64,000 bases of DNA from a virus. The notes beneath the pieces are model-generated. The model had not been told where the DNA came from. It was given only the letters and a program-made list of their open reading frames with translations, and did no database searches. The position numbers were made by a program, and so were the translations under genes. Numbering within the stretch: position 1 is the stretch's first letter; every line of letters begins with the position of its first letter. Below are positions 1 to 12,000 of this stretch, one piece after another. The stretch is taken from IMG/VR virus record IMGVR_UViG_3300002920_000014, positions 1-64,000 of that record. One strand, 5' to 3'.

Positions 1-24
1 TTCAGTTTTGACTCGGTAGGGTGG

Positions 25-327
25 ATGAAGACAGCAGGTTTTGGCAAAGTCTTTTTACCGTTTGTGCGTGCTTACAACATTACTTACTATGACTCATCCG
101 CGACAACCTTAACTAAAAACCAATTTATTGAGATGAAAAAAGAAACACACCATGAATGCTACTTTTGCCACTCTTTCGAGGACTTGCAAAAGTATCGTTA
201 TTTTCGCATACTTCATAATCTTGCAGTGATTTTAGATATGTTAGAAATGAGTGTTCATGATCTTGATGTTTTCCATATTATTCGACAATATTCTCCTAGT
301 TATACACGTTTTTTAGAAGATAGATAA
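25..327 (+). CDS. hypothetical protein
   Basis: 100-aa ORF co-oriented with the + strand block. No recognisable motif. Confidence 0.4.
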   Translation: MKTAGFGKVFLPFVRAYNITYYDSSATTLTKNQFIEMKKETHHECYFCHSFEDLQKYRYFRILHNLAVILDMLEMSVHDLDVFHIIRQYSPSYTRFLEDR

Positions 328-375
328 CGGGAGTATCTCTGTTATTCTTTTAAACGTTGAGCCGGAAGACAACAC

Positions 376-801
376 ATGATGTTGAATGTACGTTTCGCTA
401 CCTGTGACGATTTAGACGAAATTAAAACTTTGTATGACTCTCAGCGACAAGCTTTGGGTTTCGTGTTGCGTCCTTCGTTGGTTGAATCCGTTCATAAGAA
501 TGAACTACTGGTCGCTTGGGATGAAAAGTTAGTGGGGGCTGTGCATTACCACCATCGACGAGACCATCAGACGACTCTGTACCACATTGCGGTGCAAGAA
601 AACCAGAGACGGCGCGGCATCGGTGCTGCTTTGGTGTCGGCTCTTATTCGGGAATGCCAAGCTCGGCAAGCCCGCTGCATCCTGCTCAAATGTCCTCAAG
701 AGTTGCTCTCCAATCAGTTTTATAAAGCTATGGGTTTTCAACTTCGAGGTCAAGACATAGGCAAGCACAGACCATTAAATATGTGGGTGCTGCCTTTGTA
801 A
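376..801 (+). CDS. GNAT-family N-acetyltransferase
   Basis: The acetyl-CoA binding motif Q/R-x-x-G-x-G/A is seen as QRRRGIGAAL, followed by a typical GNAT C-terminal beta-strand region. The ORF is visibly more GC-rich than its flanks. Confidence 0.75.
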   Translation: MMLNVRFATCDDLDEIKTLYDSQRQALGFVLRPSLVESVHKNELLVAWDEKLVGAVHYHHRRDHQTTLYHIAVQENQRRRGIGAALVSALIRECQARQARCILLKCPQELLSNQFYKAMGFQLRGQDIGKHRPLNMWVLPL

Positions 802-855
802 AGTTGATCGGTCATTTGTTTTTGTGTTAAAAGAAGTATAGATAATTTCTTTTAG

Positions 856-884
856 TTGAAATTAATGTCGCTGTATGGTATAAT
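856..884 (+). promoter_or_regulatory. sigma70-like promoter (TTGAAA-17 nt-TATAAT with TGG extended -10)
   Basis: The -35 TTGAAA is at 856-861 and the -10 TATAAT at 879-884, preceded by TGG. It lies ~35 nt upstream of the 920 CDS. Confidence 0.55.
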
Positions 885-919
885 TATAAGTAAATTTAAT
901 ACGGGAGGATCTTTTAACT

Positions 920-1612
920 ATGTCTTCTAAGCCCCAAGATTCATTAATTGATGTTCTACTTGATGTTCCTGAAGAAGTTAAACCACATATTAAATCTGTC
1001 GTCAAGGTAACTGGTGGCGCCGCTGTGACGGAACAGGGCAAGATGCGTGTTGTTTTTAATGCTAGAGTCATTCGTGAGCAACAAGTAAGAGCAAACATGC
1101 TCATCGCTTCTCGACAGATTCCTGTCGATATTGACGCTGAAGTTACGATTGCTCATCCCTTGGTTGTTATGCTCATGGCGTCTACGGAAGGGATGGCATC
1201 GCAAGATTTGACACGGTTTGCTATTTCTAGTGTTAAGTCTTACTACGAAAATGCTAAAGTTGAAGCTCTTTCTGATGCTTTTACTTTAGCAATGACCGAT
1301 TTTTGCTCTTTCGAGGGTCTTGATATTGAGACTCCTGAAGAGGAATCTGTTGACTCAGAAGACGCTTACGTGCCTGACTATATGCGTAAAGTTGTTCAGT
1401 TGCCCCCCATCACCAAAAACATTTCGAACCCCATTGAAAAACGTCTTATGATTATCAATAAGTTCCTGAATAAAGCTGGGTTTGAATTTGCTGTTCTATT
1501 TAGGTCCACTATCGAAGATGCTTGGACTAAAGCCATCCAAGAAGCCGGGGATAGGGGGCGTGCTGTTGAAGTAGCTCCAGATGGTTTTCGTACTCCAAGA
1601 GCTCGTAAGTAA
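920..1612 (+). CDS. hypothetical virion-module protein (acidic C-terminal half)
   Basis: 230-aa ORF preceded by GGGAGGA about 10 nt upstream of the ATG. It lies upstream of the tape-measure gene. Function not recognisable. Confidence 0.6.
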   Translation: MSSKPQDSLIDVLLDVPEEVKPHIKSVVKVTGGAAVTEQGKMRVVFNARVIREQQVRANMLIASRQIPVDIDAEVTIAHPLVVMLMASTEGMASQDLTRFAISSVKSYYENAKVEALSDAFTLAMTDFCSFEGLDIETPEEESVDSEDAYVPDYMRKVVQLPPITKNISNPIEKRLMIINKFLNKAGFEFAVLFRSTIEDAWTKAIQEAGDRGRAVEVAPDGFRTPRARK

Positions 1613-1616
1613 CTAC

Positions 1617-1994
1617 ATGTATTTGATGGCTCCGCTCGTCAAAGTGAAGAGAACCGTCATGATCGACGGTTCTCCAGCAATTGTAGATACATGGGTGAGA
1701 GTTACGGAGCGTTATGAAAATGTTTTGAAACTGTGTAATGGTGACTCTAATTTGGCAAAAAAGCACAAAAAAGAGTTGTTTGGATCGGACAAAGAAATGA
1801 TATTTCCAGATCTTTACAATCTTGCCTCCATTGCCAAAGAATTGGGAATACCTTATCATGAATTTAACAAAATACCTCTCCATGAACGAGCTATTATGAT
1901 TGTGCAATATTATATCAGTGGAATGTTGGAGACGTTGCGTAGGCACGATGACATCATAGAGAGGAACACAGAAAAACAATCTTCTAAGAAATAG
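1617..1994 (+). CDS. hypothetical protein (start uncertain: 1581, 1617 or 1626)
   Basis: ORF 1581..1994. The ATG at 1617 lies just after the upstream stop at 1612. Confidence 0.45.
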   Translation: MYLMAPLVKVKRTVMIDGSPAIVDTWVRVTERYENVLKLCNGDSNLAKKHKKELFGSDKEMIFPDLYNLASIAKELGIPYHEFNKIPLHERAIMIVQYYISGMLETLRRHDDIIERNTEKQSSKK

Positions 1995-2008
1995 TTGAAA
2001 GGACCAAC

Positions 2009-3073
2009 ATGTCAAAAACTAAAGTTGATAAGTACTTAGAAAGTATGATAGGACTTGACCCTGTTCGTGTTGGTTCTCTTCTTAATGCTAACGCTGAAGT
2101 TACTGCTGAAACAGTAATAAAACAATTAGATAAGTTCATTAAAGCTATAGCTGATACAAGCGGTGGTCGTTCTGCTGGCTCTCTTAAAGGGTATCATGGT
2201 GCTTTAGTTAAATCTAAAGCTAAGAGGTTTGTGCCTATAGTTCTTCCGTCGAGTGGTGTAAAAATATACGTTAATCAACCTTCTGTTTACGTAGAAGCCC
2301 CCGACCACCACAAGAAGATACGGCACGGTAAAGGGGTTCGTCAACACCTTCATGTTTTTGACTTACTTGATGAAGGCCGTAAAGCTTTGCCACGTAAGCA
2401 AGTAGGTGGTTATGCTTTGCACAATTTAACAGACACTGGAATAACCCCCAGAACTTATGCTGCCGGTAAGCAAAGACGTGAAGATGGTGTTATCAAGAAG
2501 CCAGTTAGGTACGAGCCTAGAACACAAAAAGTTATGTATGTTAAGGCAAGAGTTGCGTCTATAACTACTGGTGCTGGCACTTACACTATAACACGACCTG
2601 AACCTCGTGTAGACCCAAGACGTCAAGTTGCTGTTAGCAGAAAGAGGTTAAAAGAGGATGAAGTCACCAGTAAAGACCTTAAAGCTCAGGTGTCTGCTAA
2701 GAGAGAGTTTATACAACAGCGCATTGACGAATTAAGAGATAGAATGAAAACTGAATATGTAAATAGAACAGGCAGAAAGACTATTAGACCTCAAGACGCT
2801 GAATTGATGAAAAAAGAAATAGAAGCATTTAAGCTTTCTATGAGAGAAAAACTTATCGGCCCTATTCTACTTGAACAAGCTAGGAGAAATGCTGCTAGAC
2901 GGGCCGCTAATGCTAACAAGAAAGCCGGCGTTATGTACGTTCGTGGTGGCATAGAGGCTGTTATGCCTAGACGGTTGTATCAAAGAGCTTATAAACAAGC
3001 TAAAAAATCTACTGTTGGCAAGGGTGCTTACTTATTCGATGTTGTATTAGTTAAAAATGTTACTCTTAAATAG
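2009..3073 (+). CDS. hypothetical, strongly basic (K/R-rich) protein
   Basis: 354-aa ORF with GAAAGGA upstream of the ATG. It lies immediately upstream of the tape-measure gene. Confidence 0.6.
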   Translation: MSKTKVDKYLESMIGLDPVRVGSLLNANAEVTAETVIKQLDKFIKAIADTSGGRSAGSLKGYHGALVKSKAKRFVPIVLPSSGVKIYVNQPSVYVEAPDHHKKIRHGKGVRQHLHVFDLLDEGRKALPRKQVGGYALHNLTDTGITPRTYAAGKQRREDGVIKKPVRYEPRTQKVMYVKARVASITTGAGTYTITRPEPRVDPRRQVAVSRKRLKEDEVTSKDLKAQVSAKREFIQQRIDELRDRMKTEYVNRTGRKTIRPQDAELMKKEIEAFKLSMREKLIGPILLEQARRNAARRAANANKKAGVMYVRGGIEAVMPRRLYQRAYKQAKKSTVGKGAYLFDVVLVKNVTLK

Positions 3074-3093
3074 CTAATGTTGGGTGGGTAACT

Positions 3094-6000
3094 ATGGCTG
3101 CTGGTGTAAGTGGTTTTAATCTAGAAGTTCTTTCGGAACTGGTTAGTAAGCTAGACCAAGTTTATGTCAAACTTAGTCAGGTCGAGGAAAGACTTGCTAC
3201 AATAAGCTCTACTGATCTAACTTTAACCATATCTGGCAGAACAGCAGAGACGCTTAACACTTTAGTTCAAAATTTTGAAAAACTTCAAAACTTAGACTCT
3301 GAGTCCGTATCTAATATTGCTAAGAATCTTTCTAATGCTTTAGATCAGCTCAATAAGTCTGATATTAATGACAGGCTTTATAAGTTGCAGTTACCTGAAA
3401 CTTTCTTACAGTCTGCTAAAGGTCTCAATGCTTTCGCATCTGCTATAGCCAGACTTGGTAGAAGTGATGTTGACGTTGGTTTGTCTATAGCTAAGTTATC
3501 ATTCTCACTTAAATCATTAGTCGATATAGACGTATCTTCTATAAAATCAGACAATTTTAATGTGTTTTTTGAAGTCGGTAAGAGTTTAGCATCTTTTGCG
3601 CTTTCTTTTAACCGTCTTTCTAGGCTATCAGAGAGTGATTTTAGCAACATAACCACTAACGTTATGAATTTTATTAAAAACTTTTCTTCTTTTAAAATAC
3701 CACAAACTTTTGATAGACAAATATTAGACATATCTAAGTCTGTTTCTAATATAGCGTCTGTCTTTAAAATCACTAGTAGTTTACCACTTGATTATGATAT
3801 TACACCATTTTTTGTTATTCTCGATGATTTTATAGACTATTTAGCTCTTGCATCAGATGAAATATCAAAAATAGAAAAAGTTGATTTACTTTTTGTTATC
3901 TCTAGATTGTCCCGTAATATGATTGATTTTATAAAGTTAGCTGGTTCAAAGTCGGATAATCTAAACGTAAAAAATATGTTTTCTGTTTTTGATGATCTTA
4001 TACATTATTTCAGCACTATATCTGATAAAATAAAATCCGTGCAAGATCTTAATGATTTGTCCGTTTTATTCAAGTCTTTTTCACAGTTAGCAAATTTTTT
4101 TAGAGTTGCTAAATCAATAGCGGTAGACTTTGATATAAAGGGTGTAATTGCAATTTTTGAGTATTTTATTGGTTACATTATTAGGGTGTCTAATCGTGTA
4201 TCAAAATTAGAAGGCATAGATAGTTTATCTTCTATATTCAAATATTTTTCTCAACTAGGTGAATTCTCAAAGTCAACAAGAACAATTACTGGATCTTTTG
4301 ATTTCACCCCCATATTTACTGTTCTTGATCAATTTATACAGTTTTTAATTAAAACATCTGACAACGTTCCAAAATTAGATAGTATAAAAGATATTATATC
4401 ATCTTTAAGATTGTTTATTAAAGTTTCAGAATTAACAATTGCTTTAGAAAATAATTCTTCTATCACTAAAAATAATCTAACTCACATGTTTGATTCACTA
4501 AAAATTTTTATAGATATTATATCTGAAGAATTAAAAGTTAATACTAGAGTAGTAGATAATCTTACAACTTTACGCATTATCTTAGAATCTATACGTGATT
4601 TGTTCAGATTATCTAAAATAGTCAGCAACGATCCAGATTATTATAAAAAGTTAGCAGATTTGGTAAGTATAATACCTATATTAAATAATTTTACAAACCA
4701 ACTTAAGCAAATTCAAACTGTACCAAATGAATCTGTTGTTTTCTTTAAAAAGTTGTCTGAAGTTATTAGAAATATAAGCTATATTACTACAATAAAAGAA
4801 AATTTTAATGTTTCAATTATAGACAAAATTATTAATCAACTTATTACGACAATAGCTAATGTCTATACTAAGTTAAACAATGGACAACTTATTAAATTCG
4901 ATCAAATATTCCCTAGTATTCAATCCTTAATACTATCCATAAGAAGATTTATTAATACTATTATTTCTAATAAAGGACTATTAGAAGATTCAAGTAAAGT
5001 TGAAACCATATTTAAGAATATGAAAAAACTATTAGATGGGATACCCGATTTAATAGGATCAGTGGTCGGACCTATTAAATTTACTACAGATATAGGTGCT
5101 AGATCTGTAGCCAGGATATTAAAAGACGTAGGTCCTCTTTTAACTTTTATATTTAAGGACCTAGTAAATATAATAGACGAACAAACTATAAGTACTAACC
5201 TAAAAAACTTGCTTAAAAGAGGACTATTGTTACGATTGACAGCAGCGGCTTTTGGTATTTTTATGGACGCCATAATGATGCCTTTCAAAGCCATAGAAAA
5301 TGCAAAATTAGGGGGTATTGGCGACTTTACTAGCGGATTTGGTAGATTACTTGAAGGGGTATCTTCATTTTCTAGATTCATAAAAAGTTTGCTTGAAATA
5401 AACCTAAAGTTCGATAAAACCACTTTTATAGAGATAACGAAAATCGTTGGATTTATAGGTCTACAAGTCGGTCTTTTAATTTTAGCATTAGCTCCTGTGG
5501 CTTTTTTAAACCCTACAAAGCTATCTGCACTGGGTGATATAAGTAAATCGTTTAGGTACGTACTCGATTTCTTTTCGTTTGTCAACTCTCCCGATTTTGT
5601 TTCAAAAGCTGGTATAGCAGTAGCCCTTAGTGTTGGCACACTATTAAATAAATTCTTTAAAACAGTTGTAGCTGGTGGGTTCATAACATATTTGTTACTT
5701 ATTTTTGCTAGTATGGCCAAGTTAGGTGGTTCTGACTTAAAGTATGTACCTGATGTTATTAAATCTTTGAAATACGTAGGAGAATTTATAAGATCTTTAA
5801 ACGATAACATATTCAGTAACGCTAATTTAATAACCGATGGTCTTCTTAAATCATTAAACGAATATACCAAGATATTTAGAGCCATAAGTCAAGGTGGGTT
5901 TGTAATTTCCATTCTTATAGCGCTTGGGATTTTAACTCGTTTAGCGGGAGAAAACACAAAATTCTTACCCGATGTTATTAAATCGCTAAGCAGCATATCT

Positions 6001-9000
6001 GATTTTATTACACAGTTACAATCTAATGTGTTTAAAAATGCTAATTTAATAACAGACGGATTATTAGGCAGTTTAAACACTAGCACTAAAACTTTTAGAG
6101 CAATATCCCAAAGTGGTTTTATAACTTCTTTGTTCTTGTTCTTAGGGGTGATGAGTAAGTTAGCTGGTCAAAATATGGCTTACTTACCAGATACTATAAT
6201 ATCTCTAAAAGTAATATTTGATTTTGTAGACTCTATGCAACAGACTGTGTTCAGAAACGCCAATATTGTAACAGATGGTTTGTTGAGTAATCTAACACAA
6301 TCAACTCAAATATTTAGAGCCACAGTTCAATCTGGATTTATAGGTTCTATTTTGCTGTTCATAGGGTTTATGTCTAAAATAGGTGGCGTTAACTTACAAT
6401 TCGCACCTGAAGTCTTAAAGAATCTTTATGTTATATTCTCTTTTGTAGAAAAACTTCAAACTACTGTATTTAAATCGGTCAATTTGATTACTGATGGTCT
6501 ACTTCAAGATTTAACCAGATCTACTAAGACTTTTAACGCTTTATCACAAAGTGGGTTTATAAACTCTATATTGTTAGTTATAGGTGTAATGTCAAGACTA
6601 GGTGGTGAGGACTTACAATATGCGCCAGCTGTTCTGAACAGTTTATCCTCTGTTTTTAACTTTATTGAAGGTCTTCAGACTAACGTATTTAAATCTGCAA
6701 ACATTATCAAAGATGGACTCTTTGAGGACCTAACAAAAACTACTAAAATGTTTAACGCTTTATCACAAGGAGGATTTGTATCTTCTTTGTTACTTGTGAT
6801 AGGGGTTTTATCAAAACTTGGCGGTTCTGGTCTAAAAGACATACCGAGTGTTTTATCCTCACTACCTTATTTAGGATCTTTCATAGATTCTATAAACTCT
6901 ACCGTGTTTAGGTCGGCTAACTTAATAAGTGATGGTTTGTTAGCAGATCTTAATAAAAATACTAAAGTGTTCAGAGCGTTGACTCAAAGTGGGTTTTTAT
7001 CTTCAATTCTTTTGGCTCTTGCCGCGTTCTCAAAACTTGCCGGCGTTAACACTCAGTACGTAGGTCCGGTATTACAAGCCTTGCCAGCTATAGGCACACT
7101 TATAGAGTCTTTGAACCGTACAATATTTTCATCGGCCAATTTAATACAAGACTGGTTATTAAAAGATTTTAATGATCAGATTAAGATGTATAGATCATTG
7201 ACTCAAGGGGGTTTTGTTGCTGCATTACTTGGCTTAATAGGAGCTATGGCACGTCTTGGCGGTTCTGCTTTACAATATGTACCTGGTATACTATCGTCGT
7301 TACCAGTTTTAGCTGATTTCTTGTCACAATTAAGAAAAACTATATTTGCTAATGCCGATCTCGTAACTGAAAGTGGACCTTTAGAAGAAGTAAATAAGAC
7401 TGCTAAAAAATTCAGAGCGTTGACACAAGGTGGTTTTCTGTCGTCAATATTGCTGATGATAGGTGTGATGACTCGAATTGGTGGTTCTAATCTACAATAC
7501 GCAGATAAAGCAGCTGTTGCAATAAAAGCTGTTACGGACTTTCTGTCTGCTGTTTCTCGCAACGTAACTAGTAGCTTTCTGGACTACATACCTATTATAT
7601 CGGATATTAAGAGAGCTTCTGAGCTATTTAAAGCTATAGTTCAGTCAGGTCTTTTTTCTCTTGCAGCTGTAGTGTTTTTATTGGCGACGCGCTTGTCTAA
7701 CGTTTCTGCTATAACTTCTATGGTTAATTTTTTTGATTCTATGAGTAAGTTGTACGTATCTCTCAAATCGTCTGCTAAAAATGACTTATCAATGGAGAAC
7801 GTTAAAACTTACTTCGCTCAAGTAGACTTTATACTTAATTCTATACGTCGACTAAAACTTAGTAAAAATGTAGATAGTTCTTTTTTGAACTCTGTAATTG
7901 GTCTCATATCAGCATTAAGTAACATAAAAGTCGATTTACCTGATACTCTTACTAGAATTGCTCCTGCTTTTAAAGATTTTGTTAGTTCGTTTAACAGTCT
8001 CAACATAGACGATAGATCATCAAAGTCTATAGTTAGAATTATAGATTCGTTAAAAAACATACCTAGAAACATACCTAATATACCAAAAATAGATGTAAAT
8101 GCACCAAAGTCTACGAACACTGCATATAGAAACTCTATAACGGAACTTAATAGTCTTCTCTCTATCATAGATAGAGTTACTTCAGCTGTTAAGTCTATGT
8201 TCCAAGCTTTTGCTTCTTTAACTAATATAGTTGGTTTAGTAAATAACGTGTCTAGAAGTGTAGTTGAGCTAGGCAGAAACGTTAGAGAAGTCGGAGACAA
8301 CATCATGCAGGCTGGCCAAAATATGGGCCAAGTATTTACTGGATTTCTCCGTAATCAAACGTTCTCTACAGTATCTGAATTTGATAAAATAGGTACTCAA
8401 CTTCAAGTTTTTGGTGGTCTTACAAATGAAGCCAGACGTGAAGCAGAAGATTTTGCACTTCAAATAGGCAAAAATTACCCGTTATCTGCTAATGAAGCAC
8501 TACAAGCTACAACCGATCTTATAAAAGCTGGTCAAAGTTTAGCTTCTACTAAATTCATTCTACCTAGTGCTTCTGATTTAGCGGCTCTTAGTGGGTCTTC
8601 TTTACCCGACGCCACTAATTTGTTAATCTTAGCAGAAAGTACTTTTAGCTCTTTTAGAGATGGCGTAGAAGGATCTTTTGAAAACATAGATAAAGCAGCT
8701 GACATACTCTCTGCGGCAGCAGACGCTAGTACAGCTTCGGTTCAAAGTTTAGGTGAGGGTTTAGCTAACGTATCATCAACTGCTAATATTGCAGGTATTA
8801 CTCTTGAAGAAACAGCCGCCATACTTGCTATACTGGATGAAAGCGGAAAGAAAGGAGCGGAAGGTGGTACGGCGCTTGCATCTATGTTTAACAGTTTAAC
8901 AAAACCAAAAACACAAAAGGCGCTAAGTGATTTACAAAGAACTGTTAGAGGTTTTGGTAAAGAGTTCAAAGATTTAAATGTAAGTTTATACAATCCTGAT

Positions 9001-12000
9001 GGATCTAGAAGGAATATCAATGATTATTTTAATAGTTTAGGTATAGCCCTTAAAGCTATAGAAGAGAGGCAAGGTACAAAAGGTGTAGATGCTTACATAA
9101 ATAGACTAGCTGACACTTATGGTAAACAAGGTTTACAAATTATCCTAGCTGGTGGCACTGACGCTATTAAAAACATGATAGAAGCAATGAACGATGTTGC
9201 CCCTGCGTCAGAACGCGCAGCGTCTATGCTTGATAATTTTGCTGGGGATGTAGAGCAACTCAAAGGATCTGTAGAAACTTTATATGTTAAAGCACTAAAG
9301 CCTTCCCTCGAAGAATTTTTTAGACCTTTTGTTAAGATTGGCAGATTAGTAGTAGATACTCTGATAAGTATGGATACAAAAATTGTATCTTTCTTAGGAA
9401 GTATGTTATCTGTGTCTGTTACGGGTGTAGGTAGCTTAGCAGCTTTAACGCTATCTTTTGGCGGTTTGCTCAAGGTAGGTGGGGCTGTTATATCCTCTCT
9501 AGGTTATATGATAAATGTACTAAAATTTGCAACTTGGTTTATGGGTTTATTATCCGGTTCTGTTATAGGGCTTGTGACTGCATTTACTGCACTGACTGTA
9601 ATAGTTCCAGTAATAGCCGGTGTAACGGCCACCTTTAAGAGCTTATATACCATACTCAGTCAAGACTTAGGAGGTGCTGCATCAGGAATCAGAAATGTAT
9701 TCGGTGTGTTAGGAGAATTTTTCTCTTCAATAAGCGAACTAGGTAACTCCGTTATAAACCTTATCAAAGAAGCTTTTGGTGACGGTGCTGGTACGAACGG
9801 CCTCTTAGATGCTGCTGGAGCGAGCATAGCTAACTTCTTTAACAACATAGCATCGGGATTGAAAAACGGTGCAATTGGACGTGTTACACAAGCGTTCAAA
9901 GACATGGCTGGTATCATTACTGCTTTTACCTCAGTGATGACAGTGGAGTCTAGACGTGCCAAACAGATAGAATCACGTAACAGACGTATGACCGAAGACG
10001 GTATATTTTCCGAAGAAGATATAGAAGCTTCTGTTAAATCAACAGAAACTAACTTTGATAAAGCTTATAAATCTCTTATCGATAACGTTGTTAAAAACAA
10101 CAAGTTGTTTAAAAAAGTATTTGGTGAAAGCTTTTCTCCTGATCAGTTCATTCAACTTGCCGAGAGCTTAAGAAGCAATTTTAACACCATCGGCAATGTT
10201 ATCGCCGATTTTAGAAAGCGTATATCTGAAGGAGTTGTCGGAGGTAATTTAAGTTTACCTGAATTGTTAGGACTTGGCAATGATACTGCTGGTAAAATAG
10301 CAGGAGAACTGGCAACAATTTTTGGCACTCTGTTCAATATAGATTTGTCACAAGTAGCAGCTAATTTTACAAACGGTGGTTTTATTGCGGGTATACAAGA
10401 TCTGTTTAGATCACTAATATCAAAAGCAGGTGAAGTTTTACTTAATAACAAAGAATCTTTAAGAACAGCCTTTATAGGTGTCTTAGAGTTTGCTTTTAGC
10501 CCCGTTAAACTTGTTGGGTTAATTGGAGATATATTTGATATAAAAGCACTTCAAGACATAGCTTCTGGGTTTGAAGAAGTTATGAAAAACGTGTTTGGTG
10601 GAATATTTGACACTTTAGTAGCTTTGCTTTCAGGTAAAGATATTGAAACAGCCCTCAATGAAGGGTTTGGTAAAACTTTTAACTCTATAATAGAGTTGAT
10701 AAGAGGGGTCGGTAGATCTATATCCCTCTTGTTTAAGTACATTTCGGAATCAATAAGTTCTTTTATATCCTCAATAGGAATAAGTGGTGAAACAGTAACC
10801 TCTGTTGTAAATGACATAATAAAAGCTTTAGCTGACGTTATAAAGATAATAAATGACGAATTTTTTACCCCGCTCGCAGAAGAAGGATTATTCGCCGCTC
10901 TTGGTAACGTGTTGAAACTGGCTTTTGAAACTATAAAAACGGTAGTCGCAGATATTATTAGTTACTTATCGACTATTGATATAGCCAGTGTTGTATCAAC
11001 TTTCGTAGCGACGTTATCCTCCAATTTAGTCAGTGGCTTGTCCTCTGCACTTTCCACAGCTGTTTCTTCTGTAGGCGGCGATACTAATTCTCTTAAATCT
11101 CTTTTTGAAACTACTCTAAGCAGCTTATTCGATATAAGTAGTACAGGTTTAGAAGGAGCGTTCGCTACTTTACCAGCAGCTTTATCTGGAGCACTTGCGA
11201 CAGCGCTCACTGCAGGCATTGAGCTTCTTGGGAGTACTCTGAACCTTGATGTGTCTGCAGTAACACAACGTATTAACGATACGTTACAGAGCATTTTTGA
11301 CGGCATCAAAGATCTCGTTGGTTTTGGTGAAGAAAACGGCATCATAGATAACATAAGGAAATTTGTAGATACGATACAAAAGTTGTTCGATGTTATAACG
11401 GGAAACAACACAGATAACGCTTCTAAGACAGCGTATAATTTAAACATACTAACAGCGGCACTACAATCGATCGCTAATTTGCCTTTAGCGATTATAGATC
11501 AGGCTATACGCACCATAGACTCTTTCTTTGACTTTATTGGGTCACTTGAACCTCAAGACATAGCTTTGGTTGCAGCAGGTATAGTTACTTTTGCTGGTGC
11601 TTATACAGTATTGACTACCGCTGCATCTTTAGGTGGTATAGCAAATCTACTAGCTATGAAAGGTTTGTTTGGAACTTTAGGGACTATTGCTTGGTCAGTC
11701 ATAAGCGGCGGCATAAGTGCTGTAGCCGGCGCTATAACAACCCTTATGAACTCTGTTGTTGGTAAGATGATTGGTGTTGCATCAGTAGTCCTCGTCATAG
11801 CTACTTTTGTTCAAAATCTTGGTCAATTAAAAGACGTTATTGATAACCTTCTCAAAGGTGACTTATTCGGAGCATTGGGTGAAGCCATACAAGGATTGAT
11901 TGACTTCTTAGGAGACATAGGTATCAATCTTCTTAAACTTTTAGGCTTCGATGAAGGATTCATACGTGGTGTACAAACAACTCTTGACCAAGTTGGGGTA

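Noticed and set aside
920-1994. A tail-assembly-chaperone style programmed frameshift between 920..1612 and the overlapping 1581..1994 ORF.
   Set aside because: The second frame is +1 rather than -1 relative to the first. No X-XXY-YYZ slippery heptamer is visible in the 1581-1612 overlap. A 354-aa gene also separates the pair from the tape-measure gene.
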